From a bacterium (lineage in GTDB: Bacteria; Muiribacteriota; UBA9980), in NCBI GenBank assembly GCA_029571125.1, contig JAKPTH010000325.1, positions 1-51,918 of the forward strand: a DNA stretch of 51,918 nt, in the 5' to 3' direction. Positions 18,696-26,587 of this stretch are shown piece by piece. Under the pieces are notes generated by a model, which saw only the letters and a list, made by a program, of their open reading frames with translations, did not search any database and was not told the DNA's origin. Made by a program: the position numbers and the translations under genes. Position 1 is the first letter of the stretch. Each line of letters opens with the position of its first letter.

Positions 18696-18810
18696 TCTGA
18701 AAATCGAGCATTTGAATCAATAATAAAATTTTTATAATACTTTGATAATTAACTTAGCAATTAATTAGAACCGATTTTTCGATTATTTTATAAAACACGC
18801 GGGGTCATCA

Positions 18811-21800
18811 ATGAATTTAAAACAGTTATTCGCAAGGCCGGTCGACCGCCCTATAGAGGGCGTAATAAAAGCCGACGACGATGCGCAGTTAAAGCTCGAG
18901 ATAGAAGAATACGTCCTGACGAACGAAGTGTCGAAAAGGCTCGAAAATTTCCTCGACGCCTACCTCAATTACAGCGGCGCGAACGGCGTCTGGGTGTCCG
19001 GCTTTTTCGGCTCCGGTAAATCCCACATGCTCAAGCTGCTCGCCATCCTCCTCGAGAACCGTCAAATAGACGGCGGAAGCGCCCTCGATCTTTTCGTTCC
19101 GAAGTGCTCCGACACGGTGCTCAAGGCCAATCTCAAGCGCGCGGCGGCGATACCGTCGAAAAGCATATTATTCAATATCGACCAGAAGGCCGACGTCATA
19201 AGCAAGACGCAGACCGACGCGCTGCTTTCGGTTTTCATGAAGGTGTTCGACGAATCCTGCGGCTATTACGGCAAGCAGGGATATATCGCGCAGTTCGAAA
19301 GGGAGCTCGACTCCCGCGGCCTGTACGGCAAATTCAGGGAGGCTTTCAGGTCTGTTTCGGGCCTCGACTGGGAAAAAGGCCGCGAGCAGGCTTTATTAGA
19401 ATCGGCTAATATATCGAAGGCCTACGCGGCCGCCACGAATTCTTCCGCGGCCGAAGCCGCCGGAATACTCGAAAAATTCAGGACGCAGTATAAAGTGTCC
19501 ATCGAAGACTTCGCAGAGCTGGTCAAAGCGTATATAGAGTCCAGGCCGGAAGGTTTCCGCCTTAACTTCTTCGTCGACGAGGTGGGCCAGTATATCGCGG
19601 AGAACACGAAACTGATGACCAACCTTCAGACCATAGCCGAAAGCCTCGCCACCAAATGCCGCGGCCGATCGTGGATAATAGTGACGGCGCAGGAGGACAT
19701 GGACACCGTCGTCGGCGAGATGAACAAAAGGCAGTTCAACGATTTTTCCAAGATCCAGGCGCGTTTCGCGACGCGCCTCAAGCTGACGAGCGCCGACGTG
19801 GACGAGGTCATTCAAAGAAGGCTGCTCGAGAAAAACGACGAGGGCGTAAAAGTATTTTCAGAGCTTTTCCACAGGCATTCGAACAATTTCAAGACCTTTT
19901 TCGACTTCGGCGACGGGTCTCAGACCTACCGCAACTTCAGGGACCACGAACATTTTATATCGTGCAGCCCTTTCACGCCCTATCAGTTCAGGCTTTTTCA
20001 GGCTGCCATACAGAGCCTCTCGGCGCACAACGCGTTCGAAGGCCGCCACAGTTCGGTCGGCGAGCGTTCGATGCTCGGCGTGTTCCAGCAGGTGGCTATC
20101 CTGATCGGCGGCCACGAGCCCGGCCAGATAGCCACCTTCGACCTGATGTTCGAAGGCATACGCACCGCGCTCAAATCGGCCGTCCAGAGCTCGATCATTA
20201 ACGCCGAAAAGCAGCTCAACGACAAATTCGCGATCAAATTATTAAAATCGCTTTTCCTGGTCAAGTATATAACGGCGTTTAAGGCATCGGTTCGCAATTT
20301 GTGCATACTGGCGTTCGACGGCTTCGAGCGCGACCTGCCTCGGCTTAAAAAGAGCGTCGAAGAGTCGCTTGCGCTGCTGGAACAGCAGACATATATACAG
20401 CGCAACGGCGATTATTTTGAATTTCTAACCAACGAAGAAAAGGACATCGAGACCGAGATCAAGAACGTCACGGTCGAGGCCAACGAATTGAACTCCGAAC
20501 TTGAAAAGCTGATATTCGACCATGTGATAAAGGACCGCAAGATCAAATTCAAGGATAACGGCCAGGACTTCGCATTTTCGCGCAAGATCGACGATAAGCT
20601 CATCGGGCGCGAGCACGAGCTGGCGATCAACGTCATAACGCCGTTCAAAAGCGACGACGACCGCGAGGAAGCGTTCCGTATGCAGTCGAACTTCCGCGAC
20701 GAGCTCGTCGTTATAATGAGGCTCGATCCAAGATTGAGCATGGACCTTTTAATGTTCAAGCGCACCGAAAAATATATCAAGCAGAATTATTCGAGCGCCC
20801 AGCAGGATACGGTGCGCTCGATACTCGCCGACAAGGGATCGCGCAACAACGACCGATACCGCGAGGTACAGAGGCTCATCAAAGAGTCGCTCGCGGAGGC
20901 TAAACTGATAATAGACGGCGCGGAGGTAAAAACGAACGGTTCCGACCCGCAGTCGCGCATTATCGAAGCGTTCGGCGAGCTTATCACGCGCGTCTATCCC
21001 AACCTCAAGATGCATAAAAACGCCGTTTACGCCGAAAGCGACATCAATAAAATTTTCAGCGAGCCGCGCGCCGATATGTTCCAGACGGCGGCGCAGTCGC
21101 TAGCCGAGCCCGAACAGGAGGTCCTGGCGTTCATCCAGACCTCGAGTCGCGGCGGCGTGCGCACCACGCTCAAGGCGCTGGTCGAAAGATTCGAAAAAAA
21201 GCCCTACGGCTGGCATTATCTGGCGACACTGCACGCGCTGGCCAATCTGTATATGTTCGGCAAGCTCGAGATAAGGTCGGGATCGTCGGTAATAGAGAAC
21301 GATGAAGTGCGCCAGGCGTTTTTCAACTCGAACGGCTATGCGGGCGTCGTCATCGACCCGCAGATCGAGTTCACTCCGGCGCAGGTGCGCGCGCTTAAAT
21401 CGTTTTACGGCGATTTCTTCGACGCGCCACCGGTATCCGGCGAGGCGAAGGCGCTGGCGCAGGAAACGGGCGCGGCCTTCAAAAAATACGCGCAGGAACT
21501 CGATGTCATAATGGCGGCAGGCCGGCAGTTCCCTTTTTTAAGCGCGCTCCAGCCGGTCGTCGAATTATTGAAGACGGTGTGCAACAATCCATACACCTGG
21601 TATCTGACGGAGCTGGCGAAGCAGGCGGACTCGCTTCTGGAGTTAAAGGAGAAAGTGAGCGAGCCCATCATCAAATTCATGAACGGCGCGCATAAAGAGA
21701 TTTTTGAATCGGCGCAGAAATTTTTGCAGGAACAGGAACCTAATTTTCTGTACATAGAAGGCGACGAGCCGAAGCAGGCTGTTGAAATACTGAACGACCC

Positions 21801-22305
21801 GCTATGCTATCGTGGCGGCGGAATGCAGAGATTAAAAACGCTCGTAGAAGGCCTTCAGCGTAAAATAAGCGCAAGGATAGCCGAAGAGATCGCGGCCGCG
21901 GGCGGGAAGATCGACGAATTAAAGTCCGGCGCGGCCTCGCTGCCGGAATTCAAAACTCTCGACGAAACGAAGAAAACTGAAATCTTGAAAAAATTCGACG
22001 ATTTCAGGGGTTCTATCGAAAGGCACAGATTCATAGCCGTAATAAGCGATACGGTAAGGCGGTTCGAAGAAATCGAATACGCGAAGATAGTTCGCGAGAT
22101 CATCCCGATAACGCCGCCAGTCGGACCGACTCCGCCGGGGCCCCAGCCTCCCGTTGCGACCCCTGAAGAAATATCGCTGAGCGCGCTTCGGACCGGTTAT
22201 AAAGATAAAAAGATAGCAAGCAAAAAAGACGCCGAAAAATATATCGAAGCGCTCAAAACCGCAATGGAAGAAGAGATCGCAAAAGGCAAAACCATAATTT
22301 TATAA
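18811..22305 (+). CDS. brxC: BREX P-loop ATPase BrxC/PglY
   Basis: 1164 aa. Walker A is SGFFGSGKSHMLKLLA and Walker B-like is FFVDEVGQY. Size and position are typical of BrxC. Confidence 0.9.
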   Translation: MNLKQLFARPVDRPIEGVIKADDDAQLKLEIEEYVLTNEVSKRLENFLDAYLNYSGANGVWVSGFFGSGKSHMLKLLAILLENRQIDGGSALDLFVPKCSDTVLKANLKRAAAIPSKSILFNIDQKADVISKTQTDALLSVFMKVFDESCGYYGKQGYIAQFERELDSRGLYGKFREAFRSVSGLDWEKGREQALLESANISKAYAAATNSSAAEAAGILEKFRTQYKVSIEDFAELVKAYIESRPEGFRLNFFVDEVGQYIAENTKLMTNLQTIAESLATKCRGRSWIIVTAQEDMDTVVGEMNKRQFNDFSKIQARFATRLKLTSADVDEVIQRRLLEKNDEGVKVFSELFHRHSNNFKTFFDFGDGSQTYRNFRDHEHFISCSPFTPYQFRLFQAAIQSLSAHNAFEGRHSSVGERSMLGVFQQVAILIGGHEPGQIATFDLMFEGIRTALKSAVQSSIINAEKQLNDKFAIKLLKSLFLVKYITAFKASVRNLCILAFDGFERDLPRLKKSVEESLALLEQQTYIQRNGDYFEFLTNEEKDIETEIKNVTVEANELNSELEKLIFDHVIKDRKIKFKDNGQDFAFSRKIDDKLIGREHELAINVITPFKSDDDREEAFRMQSNFRDELVVIMRLDPRLSMDLLMFKRTEKYIKQNYSSAQQDTVRSILADKGSRNNDRYREVQRLIKESLAEAKLIIDGAEVKTNGSDPQSRIIEAFGELITRVYPNLKMHKNAVYAESDINKIFSEPRADMFQTAAQSLAEPEQEVLAFIQTSSRGGVRTTLKALVERFEKKPYGWHYLATLHALANLYMFGKLEIRSGSSVIENDEVRQAFFNSNGYAGVVIDPQIEFTPAQVRALKSFYGDFFDAPPVSGEAKALAQETGAAFKKYAQELDVIMAAGRQFPFLSALQPVVELLKTVCNNPYTWYLTELAKQADSLLELKEKVSEPIIKFMNGAHKEIFESAQKFLQEQEPNFLYIEGDEPKQAVEILNDPLCYRGGGMQRLKTLVEGLQRKISARIAEEIAAAGGKIDELKSGAASLPEFKTLDETKKTEILKKFDDFRGSIERHRFIAVISDTVRRFEEIEYAKIVREIIPITPPVGPTPPGPQPPVATPEEISLSALRTGYKDKKIASKKDAEKYIEALKTAMEEEIAKGKTIIL

Positions 22306-22328
22306 AATTCAGATTTTAAGGAAAATAT

Positions 22329-25300
22329 ATGGATACATCCAGACTCAAAAAATTCGCGCAGTATGCGAGGCGCGCGCTGATCGAGCAGGTGTCATCGAAG
22401 ATGAAACTGGTCCTGGCGGCCGAAGGCCCGGCGCGCCGCGAAAATCCGGCTGCTGTAAGCGAGCTGGAAAAGCGCATCGCCGCAACATCCGCCGATAAAG
22501 TGGTCGAGACCGCCGCCTACACGTGGTTCAACCGGTTCTGCGCGCTCAGGTTCATGGACGCCAACGGCTACAATAAGATCAGCATAGTGTCGCCCCTGCA
22601 GGACCAGACTCAGCCTGAAATACTGGCCGAGGCCAAGGCGGGCCACATCGACGAAGAGATGGTTCCGGACGCCGTCGCGCGCAAGGTGCTGGCGCTTTTG
22701 AGCGGGGCCGCGCCGAGCCGCGAGCCTCAGGCCGAGGCGTACCGGATGATGGTGACCGCCTGCTGCAATTTTTATCACAATACGATGCCGTTCCTGTTCG
22801 AAAAGATAGCGGACTACACCGAGCTTCTGATGCCTGACGACCTGCTGTCCGACAATTCGATACTTGCGGCGGCGCGCGAGGCCATGACGGCTGCGGACTG
22901 CGCAGACGTCGAGATCATCGGCTGGCTCTATCAGTTTTATATTTCCGAAAAAAAGGCCGAAGTGTTCGAAGGCCTCAAGAAGAACAGGAAGATAACGCCC
23001 GAGAACATTCCGGCGGCAACCCAGCTTTTCACGCCGGCGTGGATAGTTAAATATCTGGTCGAGAATTCGCTCGGCCGGCTCTGGATGCTCAACCGTCCGC
23101 AGTCGAAGCTGCGCGGCCGCATGGAGTATTACATCGATGACGGCGGAAAAAACTCGGCGGGCGGCGCCGGTGAAAATAATTTCATAAAGATCGGTTCGCC
23201 GGAAGAAATAAAGATATGCGATCCCGCCTGCGGCTCCGGCCACATGCTGGTTTACGCGTTCGACCTGCTGTACGACATTTACGAGGAGGAGGGCCACGAC
23301 CCTTCGGACATAGTCGAAAAGATATTGAAGAACAATCTTTACGGCGTGGAGATCGACGGCCGCGCGGGAACGCTTGCGTCGTTCGCGCTTGCGATGAAGG
23401 CGCGAGGAAAATATAAACGATACTTCAGAAACCCTATCCAGCCGAATATATGCGTACTGGAGAATATTCGTTTCGATAAGGAAGAGCTCGAAGATTACAT
23501 GAGCGAGGTCGGCCGCGACCTTTTTACCGCGCCTCTTGAAACCACGCTGAGGCAGTTCGAGGAGAGCGATAATTTCGGCTCGTTGATAAGGCCGGCGCTC
23601 ACAAATGTCGGGGACATCCTTCAAACGCTTCGTGCAAGGGGCATCGAAGAAAAATTATTCATATCTAAAACCCATGAAAAAGTCTTAAAAGTATTGAAAC
23701 AGGCCGATTATCTATCTCCGAAATATCATGTCGTCGTGGCCAACCCGCCTTATATGGGCGGGAAGGGTATGAATGACGACATTAAAAAATTCCTGCAGCA
23801 AAATTATGAAGATGTCAAATCAGATTTATTTTCAGCATTTGTTATTCGTAATACCATGCTTTCCCTGAAAAAAGGACTTATTGGAATAATGTGTCCTAAC
23901 GTCTGGATGTATATTTCTTCATACGAAAAATTGCGAAATTATATACTTGAGCAAAAAACATTGACAAATCTCGTAGAACTTCCACTTACCGGTTTTAAAG
24001 GTGCCACCGTACAAATATGTGCTTATAATCTTATCAACGATCATTTTCCTGAATGCAAAGGCAAATATATTCGATTGGTAAGTTTTAAGGGCGGAGACGA
24101 AGAAATGGCATCACACACACTTGATGCTATTAAAGGATTATCCAACAATATTTTTTTTCGCGCCTCATCCTCCGATTTCAAAAAAATTCCGGGAAGTCCT
24201 ATCGCTTATTGGGTAAGTGAAAAAGTAATTGCAAATTTTTCAAAAGGTATTCCTTTATTTGAATATGCTGTCCCCAGACAAGGATTTGCAACAGGAAACA
24301 ATGATTTATTTTTAAAATTTTGGTCTGAAGTATCAATAAACAATATAAAATTTAATTCTAATACTGGCAAAGAAGCCGAATTATCTAATTGCCAATGGTT
24401 TCCATGCAACAAAGGGGGGACTTTTAGAAAATGGTTTGGGAATAATAATATAATTGCTGATTGGAAAAACAATGGACTTAAAATGAAATCTTATATTGGT
24501 TCTGTTATACGTAATCCTGATTATTATTTTAAGGACGGAATGACTTGGTCTACTATCAGTAGTTATAAGTTATCAATGCGATATTCACCAAAAGGTTATT
24601 TATTTGAAACAAAAGGATCCGTGTGTTTTCCACTGAATAATAATCCAATTGAATATTCAATTGGACTAATGAATAGTATAATTATCGAAAAAATTCTGTA
24701 TGTTCTTTCACCAACACTTGATTTTCACGAAGGGCCCATTGGAAAAGTTCCTATAATAATATTTCAAAAAGATTATATAATTATTAATGTAAAAAAACTT
24801 ATTAACATTTCGAAATCCGACTGGGACTCCTACGAAACCTCCTGGGACTTCACCAGATCGCCTTTATTAGATATTTCGAATATATCCGGCGGCGCTCAAG
24901 GTGAATCTTCAGATCTTCCTGATTCTTCGACCTCGCCGTCACTCTCCGCTCTCCGCTCTCCACTGTCCACTATGCACTATGCACTCTCCGACATCTACCC
25001 CCGCCTCCGCTCTCGCTGGCGCGATATGACGCTTGAAATGAAGAGGCTCGAGGAGGAGAACAACCGGATATTCATCGACGCATACGGCCTGTCGGACGAA
25101 CTGACGCCCGACGTGCCGCTGTCGGAGATCACTCTCACATGCAACCCGCACTACCGCTACGGCGGCGATAAAACCGAAGAAGAGCTCGAGGCGCTGCTGC
25201 TCGCCGATACGATGAAGGAGTTCATCTCATATTCCGTCGGCTGCATGTTCGGCCGCTACTCGCTCGACAGGCCCGGGCTGGTCCTCGCCAATCAGGGCGA

Positions 25301-25937
25301 TACCGTCGATGATTACCTCAAACAGATCCCGAATCCGGTATTTCCGCCCGACGCCGACAATGTAATACCCATACTCGACGGAGAATGGTTCCCTGACGAC
25401 ATCACCGAGCGATTCTACAATTTTTTGAGGGCTGCTTTCGGCGCGGAGCATTTCGAGGACAACCTCAAATTCATCGAAACGGCCATCGGCAAGGATATAC
25501 GAAAATACTTCACGAAGGACTTCTACGGCGAGCACATCAAACGCTATAAAAAACGCCCGATCTACTGGCTGTTCACGAGCCCGAAGGGGTCGTTCAACGC
25601 GCTGATCTACATGCACCGCTACCGCCCCGACACCGTCAGCATAGTATTGAACGATTACCTGCGCGAGTTCAAGACTAAACTGGCCTCGCAAAAGAGCAAC
25701 TACGAGCACATAACCATCAGCTCGGCCTCGTCGGCGTCCGAAAAAACAAAAGCCCTCAAAGAGATCGATAAGATCAAAAAGATACTTGCCGAGCTCGACG
25801 AATACGAACGCGATACCCTGTATCCGCTCGCCGCCAGGCAGATCGCGATAGATCTCGACGACGGCGTGAAGGTCAACTACCAGAAATTCGGCGCGGCGCT
25901 GAAGAAGATACCGGGGCTGGAAGACAAAGAGGAATAA
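22329..25937 (+). CDS. pglX: BREX N6-adenine DNA methyltransferase PglX
   Basis: 1202 aa. SAM motif I is ICDPACGSGHMLVYAFD and catalytic motif IV is VVANPPYMGG. The conserved C-terminal block is RPIYWLFTSPKGSFNALIYMHRY. Confidence 0.92.
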   Translation: MDTSRLKKFAQYARRALIEQVSSKMKLVLAAEGPARRENPAAVSELEKRIAATSADKVVETAAYTWFNRFCALRFMDANGYNKISIVSPLQDQTQPEILAEAKAGHIDEEMVPDAVARKVLALLSGAAPSREPQAEAYRMMVTACCNFYHNTMPFLFEKIADYTELLMPDDLLSDNSILAAAREAMTAADCADVEIIGWLYQFYISEKKAEVFEGLKKNRKITPENIPAATQLFTPAWIVKYLVENSLGRLWMLNRPQSKLRGRMEYYIDDGGKNSAGGAGENNFIKIGSPEEIKICDPACGSGHMLVYAFDLLYDIYEEEGHDPSDIVEKILKNNLYGVEIDGRAGTLASFALAMKARGKYKRYFRNPIQPNICVLENIRFDKEELEDYMSEVGRDLFTAPLETTLRQFEESDNFGSLIRPALTNVGDILQTLRARGIEEKLFISKTHEKVLKVLKQADYLSPKYHVVVANPPYMGGKGMNDDIKKFLQQNYEDVKSDLFSAFVIRNTMLSLKKGLIGIMCPNVWMYISSYEKLRNYILEQKTLTNLVELPLTGFKGATVQICAYNLINDHFPECKGKYIRLVSFKGGDEEMASHTLDAIKGLSNNIFFRASSSDFKKIPGSPIAYWVSEKVIANFSKGIPLFEYAVPRQGFATGNNDLFLKFWSEVSINNIKFNSNTGKEAELSNCQWFPCNKGGTFRKWFGNNNIIADWKNNGLKMKSYIGSVIRNPDYYFKDGMTWSTISSYKLSMRYSPKGYLFETKGSVCFPLNNNPIEYSIGLMNSIIIEKILYVLSPTLDFHEGPIGKVPIIIFQKDYIIINVKKLINISKSDWDSYETSWDFTRSPLLDISNISGGAQGESSDLPDSSTSPSLSALRSPLSTMHYALSDIYPRLRSRWRDMTLEMKRLEEENNRIFIDAYGLSDELTPDVPLSEITLTCNPHYRYGGDKTEEELEALLLADTMKEFISYSVGCMFGRYSLDRPGLVLANQGDTVDDYLKQIPNPVFPPDADNVIPILDGEWFPDDITERFYNFLRAAFGAEHFEDNLKFIETAIGKDIRKYFTKDFYGEHIKRYKKRPIYWLFTSPKGSFNALIYMHRYRPDTVSIVLNDYLREFKTKLASQKSNYEHITISSASSASEKTKALKEIDKIKKILAELDEYERDTLYPLAARQIAIDLDDGVKVNYQKFGAALKKIPGLEDKEE

Positions 25938-25974
25938 AATTTGACTCAGCCGTTTAAGGCTAAAAGGAGGCGTA

Positions 25975-26190
25975 ATGGAAGCTATAAGAACTAATATTTT
26001 AGTCAATTCGGAAACGATAACCATTCCTCAGCTGAAAAAATTCATCGGCAAAAAAGTTGAAATTATATGTTTAGGAGAGGAAAAAACGAAAAAATCCCCC
26101 GCCAGATTAAAAAAATTCTTCAGTCTCGCCGGTAAGATCAAAATGAGCGCAAAAAAAATTAACGAGTTAAGAGAGTTGAGCAAAATATGA
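25975..26190 (+). CDS. Putative antitoxin (AbrB/SpoVT-like swapped-hairpin type)
   Basis: 71 aa with RBS AAAAGGAGG. It has an ATGA overlap with the downstream PIN gene. The N-terminus is ITIPQLKKFIGKKVEIICLGEE-like. Confidence 0.55.
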   Translation: MEAIRTNILVNSETITIPQLKKFIGKKVEIICLGEEKTKKSPARLKKFFSLAGKIKMSAKKINELRELSKI

Positions 26191-26570
26191 TCCTCGTTGA
26201 TACTAATGTTATAATCAACTACTGGCGCAGGCCAACCCAAAAAATTGAAAAATTTTTTTTATCCGACGACATCGCAATTTGCGGAGTCACTAAATCCGAA
26301 TTAATTTACGGCGCAAAAAACGAAAAAGAAATCGAATCTATTTCAGAAGCGCTTTCTGATTTCATATATATCGAAATCGATGATATATGGGAAGATGTCG
26401 GTCGTCTATTGTTCGAACTTAAAACTAAAGGGGTGACCATACCTTTTCAGGACGCCATAATTTGCTCTCTGGCCTTGAAGAACGACCTTAAGATATGGAG
26501 CGATGACAAGCATTTCAAACTGGTTAAAAAAGTCATACCTGAGTTAGAATTATTTGAAGAAACCCGTTAG
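26187..26570 (+). CDS. vapC: PIN-domain toxin (VapC-like ribonuclease)
   Basis: MILVDTNVIINYW N-terminus. The acidic quartet is in the expected spacing (D5 in LVDTN, E in TKSELIYG, D in FQDAIICSLA, D in IWSDDKHF). 127 aa. Confidence 0.8.
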   Translation: MILVDTNVIINYWRRPTQKIEKFFLSDDIAICGVTKSELIYGAKNEKEIESISEALSDFIYIEIDDIWEDVGRLLFELKTKGVTIPFQDAIICSLALKNDLKIWSDDKHFKLVKKVIPELELFEETR

Positions 26571-26587
26571 TAACAAAAGGCTGAATT

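Noticed and set aside
18696-18810. Possible internal promoter between brxB and brxC (TTGAAT ... TATAAT)
   Set aside because: The spacing between the two hexamers is only ~15 nt. The AT-rich spacer can produce such matches by chance, so it is not reported as a feature.
22392-23624. 410-aa ORF on the minus strand inside pglX
   Set aside because: It lies entirely antisense to a gene with clear methyltransferase motifs. Its Arg/Ala/Val-rich composition is typical of reverse-frame ORFs in GC-rich coding sequence. It has no RBS or recognisable motif.
24942-24990. Possibility that the heptamer array or any other repeat is a CRISPR array
   Set aside because: The units are 7 nt and contiguous, with no spacers, and lie inside an ORF. 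No repeat-spacer structure of 24-48 nt units occurs anywhere in the window, and there are no cas genes.
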